Positions 1-7,160 are shown, numbered from the stretch's first letter. The stretch: DNA of 20,000 bases from an uncultured virus (IMG/VR IMGVR_UViG_3300032093_000107) (IMGVR_UViG_3300032093_000107), one strand, 5' to 3'. The notes: generated by a model not told the origin, from the sequence alone. Numbers and translations are program-made.

Positions 1-1242
1 ATATTTAGGATTAACTAGAACTACTCGCCCTCCTTTCTCTTCGGCTTTATAAATCAATTGCCTTTTGAGTTCCCCAATCCCCTGATCTAAAATAGATTTG
101 TTTAGTCCTGATTTAGCAGAAGCTCCATTATGGGCATAAGTGCCATCCTCATTTTCCTTTACTCCTGCTCGCTTGGTCATGTTTTTAAGCTTTAAATCCT
201 CCATGGCAATATGGGAATACTTCTGAGTCAATTTGTGGCTAACTTGATGTAGATACCCTGCCCGACGGTCTTTAATTTGTTCGTGAAGCAATGCTAATTT
301 TTCTTTGCTCTTAAGATAATTAGCCGAGCCTTTTTCTTGCCTTGCCATTTTTCTTTGTAAGTGAGCAATCTTTCTTTCTTTATTCCGATAGTAAGCTTTA
401 GTCTCAATATGCCTTCCCTCACTATCAGTGTAAAGATTGACACATCCTACATCAATTCCTATCTGTCTGTCGGAAGGAAAGTGCATAGGAACAGGGAGAT
501 TAATTGTAAGGTGCAAATAATAGCCAGATGCCTTTCTAACTATAGATGCCATTCTTACGTCGGATTCTTTTGATAGTCGATTGATATCGTCAATGACCAA
601 CAGCCCTATCTGCTTATTAAGAAATATCCCACTATCTCGAATTTTAATTAGAGTAGGATGCCCAACTATTAAGCTTTGTACTGAGTCTAACTTTCCTTTG
701 TACTTAGGGAATCCTCTGATGCCTTTTTTTGCAGTCTCAAACGCTTTTGAAATAACATAACGATAAAAGCACCCTCTGAACTCCGATCCAATCTCAAATA
801 TTTTATCAGCTAAATCAGGATAAAAATATTTTTTAAGAGCCTCCTTATCAGGGGGTTTAGTTGTGTGCTTTTTAGCGTCAGGATTGCCTAGATATGGACG
901 TTTTTTCCTTTCCTCTAACTTAAGCAAAACGTATTCCTTTTTGTTTTTTAGATAAGCTATTTTGCAGCAAGGATTCCCTACCAATAGTTTTGTCTTGTCC
1001 TTGGGTAGTTTTTCGATATGAGGGAAGCTTGAATACAGACTAAGATAAGAAGTTTCCCAAAACTCAGGGGAAAACTCCTTAAACTCAAACTTATCCCTTA
1101 GTCGTCTTTGGTTAACTTCCTCTTGTAATCCTACGGCTAAATTCCAAAGATACTTCAATAGGCGCATCTTTTCGTCAATTAATGACTGCTGCTCCTCGGT
1201 TAGGGTTAGCCTAAATTTAACTACCCTTGTCATATTTTCCAT
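1..1242 (-). CDS. TnpB-family RuvC RNA-guided nuclease resembling CRISPR type V-U2 effector C2c8 (3' end outside the window)
   Basis: Hand-translated, 414 codons open from ATG 1242 (RBS GAGGACAAC) to base 1. Reads MENMTRVVKFRLTLTEEQQSLIDEKMRLLKYLWNLAV...GIRGFPKYKG...RKASGYYLHLT...IGIDVG (RuvC-I)...HLQRKMARQEKGSANYLKSKEKLALLHEQI...IAMEDLKLKNM (RuvC-II)...AKSGLNKSILDQGIGELKRQLIYKAEEKGGRVVLVNPKY. Has a long N-terminal insertion (SPEFW...LLVGNPCCKIAY) that I recall from cyanobacterial C2c8 proteins. Confidence 0.9.
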   Translation of the reverse strand, partial: MENMTRVVKFRLTLTEEQQSLIDEKMRLLKYLWNLAVGLQEEVNQRRLRDKFEFKEFSPEFWETSYLSLYSSFPHIEKLPKDKTKLLVGNPCCKIAYLKNKKEYVLLKLEERKKRPYLGNPDAKKHTTKPPDKEALKKYFYPDLADKIFEIGSEFRGCFYRYVISKAFETAKKGIRGFPKYKGKLDSVQSLIVGHPTLIKIRDSGIFLNKQIGLLVIDDINRLSKESDVRMASIVRKASGYYLHLTINLPVPMHFPSDRQIGIDVGCVNLYTDSEGRHIETKAYYRNKERKIAHLQRKMARQEKGSANYLKSKEKLALLHEQIKDRRAGYLHQVSHKLTQKYSHIAMEDLKLKNMTKRAGVKENEDGTYAHNGASAKSGLNKSILDQGIGELKRQLIYKAEEKGGRVVLVNPKY

Positions 1243-1265
1243 GTTGTCCTCATTTTTTAATTGAA

Positions 1266-1526
1266 TTATTCGACACCGTGCCACCTGATGCACAAAGTGG
1301 ATGGGTCAATTACTTTTACTGGCTTATCCCATTGATCTAAAAACTTTTCTAGATTCCAATCGTAGTTCAAAGCGTATTCCTCAATTGTGGCTTTTTCCTT
1401 TTCCCAATACGCCTCCCTGTCCCATTGCTCTTTAGCGAAGGAAGCTAATTCTATAGAATCAAATACCCCGACAGTGATTTTATCCTCGCACTCTCCTGCC
1501 GTCACGATGTAGATAGTTTTAATCAT
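1266..1526 (-). CDS. Phage hypothetical protein (86 aa; DUF7336-like 'IYIV..GE......GVF.S.E.A' pattern)
   Basis: ORF track 1266..1562. Start moved to ATG 1526 (MIKTIYIV) behind an AGGGGG RBS, overlapping the upstream stop. Confidence 0.65.
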   Translation of the reverse strand: MIKTIYIVTAGECEDKITVGVFDSIELASFAKEQWDREAYWEKEKATIEEYALNYDWNLEKFLDQWDKPVKVIDPSTLCIRWHGVE

Positions 1527-1773
1527 TATGCCCCCTTGTCCACGCATCAAATACCGTACCACAGCGAGGACATTCGATCTCCTCTTCTAGTTCCTTGACC
1601 TTACTTTTTAGTTTTCGATTCTCATCGGACAGAAGTTCAATTAATTGGTCTTTGTTTAGAGCTTGCTGCTCTAGCTTTTTTACGCGATCATCAATTACCG
1701 CGACTCGTTCTATTTGCCGTGTTAGTGCTTCATAAATAGAAGCTATTTCACTAAATTGGTTTTCATGGCTCAT
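1519..1773 (-). CDS. Hypothetical coiled-coil protein with C-terminal CPRCG motif (84 aa)
   Basis: ORF track 1519..1812. Start moved to ATG 1773 (MSHENQ) behind AGGAGG. Confidence 0.65.
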   Translation of the reverse strand: MSHENQFSEIASIYEALTRQIERVAVIDDRVKKLEQQALNKDQLIELLSDENRKLKSKVKELEEEIECPRCGTVFDAWTRGHND

Positions 1774-1823
1774 TTTTGTTTCCTCCTGTTTGTTTAATGG
1801 GGATGACGGCATCCCATAACTGA

Positions 1824-4136
1824 CTAAGCTAAATCTAGTAGGCTTAACTGCTCACATTTACCTTGATGCTCTGCCAGTCTCAAGTTTTGCTTGGCACATT
1901 CAAAGTACGAGCCTTTTAATTCAATTCCTATGAATTTACGTTTCTGTTCAAGGCTAACATAGCCTTCAGTGCCAATTCCTAGAAAGGGTGAAAAGACAAT
2001 TTCCCCAGGCATTGACCAAAGCTGTAAGCCACGGCGGACTACATCGAGTTGTAATGGACAAATATGCTTAAGATCGTCGTCGTCTTTGCCTTCACGGAAG
2101 TTAAGAGTATCGTTTTGACGGATATCCATCCAAATAGGACTGGCGTATCTTTGCCAGATTTCAATCGACTTGCTATTAGGATCTGAAGAAAATGGGAGTG
2201 TATTTTCGCCATAATATTCCGTCAATATTCCCTCCACTGGAACTTTATTTACCCCTGGCTTACGGAAAGTGATTAGATAGTCAGCAAGCCCCGCTCCTGA
2301 CATGGCGGAATCTTTTTTAAGTTGCTTGTGAAGAAGTGAGATCGCTTTTGTCCGTTGCATCGCAACTACGGGATCTTTCCAGATTGTCACTCTTGAATGA
2401 AAATAGAAGCCAGCATGTTCCATCAATCGGACTATCTGACAAGAGAAGTCTTTTAATCCTATATACCCATCCCATGCCTTAGTAGCTAACAGGTCTTGGC
2501 AATGGATGCTAACTAATCGCCCAGGTTTAATAATCCTGAATAGCTGTTCAGAAAGATAATTGTAATGTTCCCCGAATTGTTCCTCAGATGTCACATTGCC
2601 CATATCTCTGTCACTATCCGTATAAACGAATAGATTGCTAAATGGCGGACTAAATACCGAGTAGTCAATCCAATTATCAGGAATAGATTTGATGACCTCG
2701 CAACTGTCACCACGGAAGATGTTAAAATCATCCCCATGGCATTCATCTATTACTCTGATTTCCTCTTTGGGCTGGAATAGTTTAGGAGTCATGATTACCT
2801 CTGGATTATATCCGTTATTGCGTTTATCCTCTTGAACTGCTTTCATGTGTGCAGTAATTTCACGTTGCATTGTTTCAAAATCTTTTTGTTTCCTTTTTAG
2901 GTTTGCTAATACCCGTCCCTCAGTGTCAACGCAAATCATATAAGAATTGACTCGGCTTTTTTGCCCATACCTCCAACACCGCCTGATTGATTGATAGACC
3001 ATCTCAAACGAGTTGTTTAGCCCAACAAATACGATATTATGGCAGTTTTGGAAGTTAAGACCAAATCCAAAAATACTTGGCTTAGACACCAATACCCTGA
3101 TGTGACCCTCCGCAAAGTCAATGGCACTATTGGACTTGTGATCCTCCTTATCGCTTCCTCTTACCTCTACGGCTCCATTAAGAGCTTTTTTTAGTGCTTC
3201 TGATTCGGCATTCAAATCACAAAAGACTAACCATTGCTCATCTGAATTATTGACAAGTTTGGCTACTTCTGCGACTCTCAATGCTAATGTGGACTTTTTG
3301 GCTTCACGTTGTTCGGTCACTCCCGTGGCTTCCATCGTGAATATCTCCCCATCCCTCGTAATGCCTGAGATTACCTTTATTTCATGCTGATAGAGTGGAG
3401 GCAATTCAAATCCATCGCCATTAAAACCTAAATCAGCAGGAGATTGGAGCATACAAGACCACTGAGTTAGCCACTCCCAGAAAGCAACCTTGCCATATTT
3501 TTTGAGAGTCCATAATTTCTCAGCCATAGCCGCCTTGCCGTCTCTGACAAAGAAGGTGGCAAGCATTTCAGCCTGTAGCATCACTCCTAGGAACTCCGCA
3601 TGGTTGCCTAGTTCCGTGTAGTCGTTAGGGGACGGGGTGGCCGAGCAGCAAAGCCGATACTCAGTACGGGAAAACTGCTCGATTAATAGCTGTTTTGTAG
3701 TCCCTGAGAAACTTTTCAAAATTGAACTTTCATCTAGGACGATACCCGAAAAGATGGAAGTATCAAAGTTCCCCAATCTTTCATAGTTTGTGACGTTAAT
3801 TCCATCCGTCACATCCTCGCCCGATAGGCAGTAGGTCACAGGGATACCCCACTTGACTGATTCGGTGTTAGCAGTCTGACGGGCAACCCCTAAAGGAGCC
3901 AAGATTAATATGGGCTTTCCTGTATGCTTCACAACGCAATCAGCCCATACCAACTGCATCAGGGATTTTCCTAATCCAGTGTTAGCGAATACAGCAAACC
4001 GCCCCTTAGCTAAAGCCATCCTTACTATATGCTCTTGATAGTCGAATAGGCTAGGATGTAGCCATTCGCTAGGAACATCAAAGCCCACTGGCTCTAAAGT
4101 CTTTGTCTTGCTGTCTATAAAATCTAGATAATCCAT
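1824..4136 (-). CDS. SF2/SNF2-like helicase fused to an N4-C/N6-A DNA methyltransferase
   Basis: N-terminal Walker A ANTGLGKS, LDESS, SATPSPND, GFGLNFQ and QSIRRCWRYGQ. C-terminal FSPPF (motif IV) precedes VFSPFLGIGTEG (motif I) and FIGIELK, i.e. beta-class order. Confidence 0.9.
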   Translation of the reverse strand: MDYLDFIDSKTKTLEPVGFDVPSEWLHPSLFDYQEHIVRMALAKGRFAVFANTGLGKSLMQLVWADCVVKHTGKPILILAPLGVARQTANTESVKWGIPVTYCLSGEDVTDGINVTNYERLGNFDTSIFSGIVLDESSILKSFSGTTKQLLIEQFSRTEYRLCCSATPSPNDYTELGNHAEFLGVMLQAEMLATFFVRDGKAAMAEKLWTLKKYGKVAFWEWLTQWSCMLQSPADLGFNGDGFELPPLYQHEIKVISGITRDGEIFTMEATGVTEQREAKKSTLALRVAEVAKLVNNSDEQWLVFCDLNAESEALKKALNGAVEVRGSDKEDHKSNSAIDFAEGHIRVLVSKPSIFGFGLNFQNCHNIVFVGLNNSFEMVYQSIRRCWRYGQKSRVNSYMICVDTEGRVLANLKRKQKDFETMQREITAHMKAVQEDKRNNGYNPEVIMTPKLFQPKEEIRVIDECHGDDFNIFRGDSCEVIKSIPDNWIDYSVFSPPFSNLFVYTDSDRDMGNVTSEEQFGEHYNYLSEQLFRIIKPGRLVSIHCQDLLATKAWDGYIGLKDFSCQIVRLMEHAGFYFHSRVTIWKDPVVAMQRTKAISLLHKQLKKDSAMSGAGLADYLITFRKPGVNKVPVEGILTEYYGENTLPFSSDPNSKSIEIWQRYASPIWMDIRQNDTLNFREGKDDDDLKHICPLQLDVVRRGLQLWSMPGEIVFSPFLGIGTEGYVSLEQKRKFIGIELKGSYFECAKQNLRLAEHQGKCEQLSLLDLA

Positions 4137-4160
4137 AAGCCCTCAAATGTTTGTAAATTA

Positions 4161-4203
4161 ATCATCCCACCTATCCAATAAACTGTCATCTGTATAAATA
4201 CGG
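4161..4203 (-). promoter_or_regulatory. Repeated phage promoter, copy A (drives the helicase-MTase operon)
   Basis: Minus strand reads CCGTATTTATACAG-ATGACA-17 bp-(TGG)GATGAT, followed by ...GAGGGCTTATG at 4136. Confidence 0.75.
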
Positions 4204-4235
4204 ATATCCTATTCGTTCATTAAAGCTTAGGATTT

Positions 4236-4278
4236 AAGTATATTTACTGATGACAATTAGGCTAGGCTATGGGATATT
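4236..4278 (+). promoter_or_regulatory. Repeated phage promoter, copy B
   Basis: AAGTATATTTACTG-ATGACA(4250-4255)-17 bp-(TGG)GATATT(4273-4278), with RBS GAGGAC downstream. Confidence 0.8.
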
Positions 4279-4306
4279 AAAGATACAAACTTTTGAGGAC
4301 AGCTTA

Positions 4307-4627
4307 ATGACCGCTTCTAATTCTCGCTCTAATCTTTCTTTCCTAAAAAAAGCCATTGGGCTAAAATCCAAGGCTACAAAGTCTCAGACTTCTAAATGGG
4401 TTCTGGATGCTGTCTATCGGCTCCAGAACCAATACTCCGAAATTGCTTACGGCATTGCCCATGCTGACCAGACAGCGCGGATTGATGGTCAGATGTCCCT
4501 AGGACTTAGAAATATGCCAGCATCCACAATGGCAACTTTAATTGTAGCCATTCACTCCGCAGGGATTGAGTTATCGGGGGATGTCAGCGCGTGGCTGTGG
4601 CAGAACAGAGATTTGATAGTCTCTTGA
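4307..4627 (+). CDS. Hypothetical cassette protein (106 aa)
   Basis: The ORF track start at 4250 lies inside the promoter. ATG 4307 (MTASNS) follows GAGGAC, and the gene has its own terminator. Confidence 0.75.
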   Translation: MTASNSRSNLSFLKKAIGLKSKATKSQTSKWVLDAVYRLQNQYSEIAYGIAHADQTARIDGQMSLGLRNMPASTMATLIVAIHSAGIELSGDVSAWLWQNRDLIVS

Positions 4628-4649
4628 CTTATCCCTGTTTCAATCTTTG

Positions 4650-4669
4650 GAGCCGAAAGGCTCTTTTTT
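4650..4669 (+). terminator. Intrinsic terminator
   Basis: GAGCC-GAAA-GGCTC followed by TTTTTT. Confidence 0.85.
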
Positions 4670-4693
4670 ATTGCCCATATCTTTTTTTAATGC

Positions 4694-5221
4694 CTATATC
4701 CTTTTTAGGGCATCCTCTATCAATCTCTGATATTCAAGCACGATAGAGTCTTGAGTTAAAGTCCCGTCTGCATTTAGCCCGATATAGTTCCGTTTCTGGC
4801 TAAATCTATTAGTTCCCTGATTGGCTATTTTCCTCCCAATCAAGAAAGCGATCGCGCGAATCCTCTTAGGGTCTGTCTCTCCTAATTTCACCTCTACCCA
4901 CTCCCTTAGCGGTTCTAGTGGGGGAAACTTACCCTCACCCCTACCGACCACTCGATAAAGTGCCGCAGTAGTGCGATTTACTATCGACGCTCCTATCTCA
5001 AATCCGATAGTAGACTTCCTAGGGGCGATAATGTCCCACCCTTCGGCTAATGATGGCTTACCCTTCCTCTTGGAAGCACCCACGTAGGACCCGCTCTCTA
5101 ATTCGCTTGCCAAGTCTAGGAGTAGGTCAATAAAAATGTCATAAAGCTCTCGCTTGAGGATATCGGACTTAATCAACCCTGGGTTTGTGGTTACTTTTAA
5201 TCGGAGATCGGCTTTAGGCAT
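4694..5221 (-). CDS. Putative neck/tail-completion (HK97 gp10-like) virion morphogenesis protein
   Basis: The motif GRGEGKFPPLEPLREWVEVK...AFLIGRKIANQGT is typical of phage neck proteins. Start moved to ATG 5221 (MPKADL) because the upstream extension overlaps promoter copy C. Confidence 0.6.
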   Translation of the reverse strand: MPKADLRLKVTTNPGLIKSDILKRELYDIFIDLLLDLASELESGSYVGASKRKGKPSLAEGWDIIAPRKSTIGFEIGASIVNRTTAALYRVVGRGEGKFPPLEPLREWVEVKLGETDPKRIRAIAFLIGRKIANQGTNRFSQKRNYIGLNADGTLTQDSIVLEYQRLIEDALKRI

Positions 5222-5266
5222 GGTCTTAAAGGGATTTATCCTAATTCTAGCCAATCTAAAAAAGTT

Positions 5267-5309
5267 CAGTATATTTACTGATGACAAATAAATTGGACTA
5301 TGGGATATT
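5267..5309 (+). promoter_or_regulatory. Repeated phage promoter, copy C
   Basis: CAGTATATTTACTG-ATGACA(5281-5286)-17 bp-(TGG)GATATT(5304-5309), leader AAACAAACACAGAGGACAAAC. Confidence 0.85.
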
Positions 5310-5342
5310 AAGAGTATAGAAACAAACACAGAGGACAAACAC

Positions 5343-5546
5343 ATGGAAGCTTATATTTTATTAACAGGACCGCTAGAAGGAACAATTGTTGACCCATCTG
5401 GGCTATGGCTTTCCTACCATGAGGTAGAAGATGAGTACACCGAAGAGGAAATTAACTCTTGGCAGGATCGCCCCGCTACTCAGCACGAACTGAGTCTGTG
5501 TCCACCGCAATACCTAGAAGCGATCGGGCTTAAGTGGCGACACTAA
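5343..5546 (+). CDS. Small acidic hypothetical protein (67 aa), anti-defence candidate
   Basis: ORF with own promoter and strong RBS; 13 D/E versus 3 K/R. Confidence 0.75.
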   Translation: MEAYILLTGPLEGTIVDPSGLWLSYHEVEDEYTEEEINSWQDRPATQHELSLCPPQYLEAIGLKWRH

Positions 5547-5564
5547 ACCAAAACATCAAGCAAA

Positions 5565-5590
5565 GCCCCGCAAGGGGCAATTAAACCACA
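5565..5590 (+). repeat. GNRA hairpin element, copy 1
   Basis: GCCCC-GCAA-GGGGC-AATTAAACCACA, identical to 6054-6079. Confidence 0.85.
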
Positions 5591-5653
5591 ATCACATGCT
5601 AGGTTAGGAGCCATAAAACTTTTTTTATTGCCTATCCCCACCCTAAAAAAGTT

Positions 5654-5696
5654 CCGTATATTTACTGATGACAAATTAATTGAACTATGGGATATT
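5654..5696 (+). promoter_or_regulatory. Repeated phage promoter, copy D
   Basis: CCGTATATTTACTG-ATGACA(5668-5673)-17 bp-(TGG)GATATT(5691-5696), leader AAACAAACACAGAGGACAAAACG. Confidence 0.85.
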
Positions 5697-5727
5697 AAGG
5701 ATATAAACAAACACAGAGGACAAAACG

Positions 5728-6036
5728 ATGACCAGTAAATTAAAAGGATTAGCTACAGAATCAGAAAACTTTACTAAGTTTGCAAGCAATGGGCTATACG
5801 AAGGAACAATAAACAAGGTCTACATTAAAAAAGGTAACGATTTACTATTTGGATTTTATGCCCATTGTGGCTATTTTATCAGAATTGAAGATGGAAAAGG
5901 CAACTTAGTCAGAGAGCATTGGCTTAATGACGAACCTGATATGACGGACCCCACACTCCCTATCTATCCCCCCGTTGCCGACATAAGCACATTCGCACTA
6001 TTTGGGTACGAACTCAGAGAACTCACCTTTAACTAA
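5728..6036 (+). CDS. Hypothetical cassette protein (102 aa)
   Basis: ORF directly after promoter D and the RBS GAGGAC. Confidence 0.75.
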   Translation: MTSKLKGLATESENFTKFASNGLYEGTINKVYIKKGNDLLFGFYAHCGYFIRIEDGKGNLVREHWLNDEPDMTDPTLPIYPPVADISTFALFGYELRELTFN

Positions 6037-6053
6037 TCCCCGACTAGCAGCAA

Positions 6054-6079
6054 GCCCCGCAAGGGGCAATTAAACCACA
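6054..6079 (+). repeat. GNRA hairpin element, copy 2
   Basis: GCCCCGCAAGGGGCAATTAAACCACA, identical to 5565-5590. Confidence 0.85.
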
Positions 6080-6107
6080 TCAACCATAAACATAGAGGAC
6101 AAACATC

Positions 6108-6674
6108 ATGGCTACTTACGAATTAACTCAGCAGCAATTCATCGCATTTTTAGAATACACTTGGAACACTCATTTAGATTGGTACGATAATCTATTTCAT
6201 TCTATCCTCGCTTATGAGGAAAGCCGTACTTTCTCCGAGGGATGGCAATATTGTAAATCCAGCTTAACTATTAGCCTCCAAGCTCCCGACAAATATACCA
6301 AAAGATGGGAGTACGTCACAACTAGCGGGACGGAACTCAAGGTTATAAATTGCGATTATGACAACATCGGAGACGTTTATGAGGTAACGATCCCCGACCA
6401 TCGAAATCAGCCTGGGCGCACTGCCTATACTAATATGCAAGCCGTCCTAGCAGGCCACGCCTTTTGGTGGTGGTCGGAACAGCAAGACGAAAGCAACCCC
6501 GATGCCCTAGCTGCGGCAGCTTTCTTCCAGGGGGTGACAGTAGAGGAACTCATAGCAACTCGCAAAAAAGAAAAGGAAGAGTCGGCAATCCGTCAAGAAG
6601 AAAGCCGACAACAGTTGAATAGCAATGACGATTCCGACTGGGACGATTTTGGAGATGTCATAGAAGAGGAATAA
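6108..6674 (+). CDS. Acidic hypothetical protein (188 aa) with acidic C-terminal tail
   Basis: RBS AGAGGACAAACATC-ATG; tail NDDSDWDDFGDVIEEE; second gene of cassette D. Confidence 0.8.
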   Translation: MATYELTQQQFIAFLEYTWNTHLDWYDNLFHSILAYEESRTFSEGWQYCKSSLTISLQAPDKYTKRWEYVTTSGTELKVINCDYDNIGDVYEVTIPDHRNQPGRTAYTNMQAVLAGHAFWWWSEQQDESNPDALAAAAFFQGVTVEELIATRKKEKEESAIRQEESRQQLNSNDDSDWDDFGDVIEEE

Positions 6675-6692
6675 TCCTTATTCCCCACCATT

Positions 6693-6714
6693 AGAGCCAT
6701 AAGGCTCTTTTTTT
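6693..6714 (+). terminator. Intrinsic terminator
   Basis: AGAGCC-ATAA-GGCTCT followed by a T-tract; related to the 4650 terminator. Confidence 0.85.
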
Positions 6715-6718
6715 GTGG

Positions 6719-6859
6719 CTACCCTTCGGCGTGGGGGGCAGCCATTAGATAAATAGCCACGGACAAAAGGGAAGATACTGGAGCACCTGCCATGGCAAAG
6801 ATTGAACAGGACAACATCAGAAGACTAAAACAGGTAAGGGGGTAAGATTTGAGCTTCAT
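6719..6859 (-). CDS. Putative small membrane peptide (46 aa)
   Basis: Hand-translated MKLKSYPLTCFSLLMLSCSIFAMAGAPVSSLLSVAIYLMAAPHAEG. It fills the gap between two cassettes but has no clear RBS. Confidence 0.4.
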   Translation of the reverse strand: MKLKSYPLTCFSLLMLSCSIFAMAGAPVSSLLSVAIYLMAAPHAEG

Positions 6860-6928
6860 GGGGTGGGTAAATAGTATTTCTAAAATATCAGCCCCTATTT
6901 TGGGTTTTCTGATAATCGGTTAAAAGTC

Positions 6929-6971
6929 CCGTATATTTACTGACACAAAGATTACAAAAGGATGCTATATT
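6929..6971 (+). promoter_or_regulatory. Repeated phage promoter, copy E (drives the CRISPR-like RNA)
   Basis: CCGTATATTTACTG (6929-6942), diverged -35, then TGC-TATATT (6966-6971) at the same palindrome-to -10 spacing as the other copies. No GAGGAC RBS follows. Confidence 0.75.
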
Positions 6972-7006
6972 AAAGACATCAAAAATTTTTAACCAAGTTT
7001 TATTTT

Positions 7007-7105
7007 GTTCCGATCCACTCTCCACTAATCCCTGTAAGGGATTGAAACTATGTTATGTAGTCTTGAGAGTGCCCCATTTTTTAATCCCTGTAAGGGAACT
7101 TAAAG
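7007..7105 (+). CRISPR. CRISPR mini-array / crRNA-like element: two type I-D-like repeats and one short spacer
   Basis: Repeat 1 is GTTCCGATCCACTCTCCACTAATCCCTGTAAGGGATTGAAAC (7007-7048). Spacer is TATGTTATGTAGTCTTGAGA (7049-7068). Degenerate repeat 2 is GTGCCCCATTTTTTAATCCCTGTAAGGGAACTTAAAG (7069-7105). The 16-nt core TAATCCCTGTAAGGGA is identical at 7026 and 7082. Confidence 0.8.
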
Positions 7106-7132
7106 CCGCCAATACCCATAAGGCGGTTTTTT
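7102..7132 (+). terminator. Intrinsic terminator of the CRISPR-like RNA
   Basis: AAAGCCGCC-(11 nt loop)-GGCGGTTTTTT. Confidence 0.75.
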
Positions 7133-7160
7133 GGTATCTAGAGCCAATCCCTAAAAAGTT

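Noticed and set aside
361..573. 70-aa plus-strand ORF from the ORF track
   Set aside because: It is an antisense shadow of the RuvC nuclease gene.
734..760. Possible self-target of the spacer in the nuclease gene (TCTCAA...ATAACATA)
   Set aside because: The two short matching blocks are out of register, so there is no contiguous protospacer.
4631..4645. ATCCCTGTTTCAATC, partly matching or complementary to the CRISPR repeat (possible anti-repeat)
   Set aside because: Only 8-9 nt matches and no hairpin, which is compatible with chance.
5267..5280. NtcA or cyanobacterial LexA box
   Set aside because: The spacing is GTA-N4-TAC, not GTA-N8-TAC (NtcA) or AGTAC-N4-GTACT (LexA).
5278..5323. Hammerhead ribozyme core (CTGATGA...GAAAC) in the repeated motif
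   Set aside because: No stem II can form between the core elements. Copy F has CGGATGA and copy E lacks the core. The -35/-10 spacing explains the conservation better.
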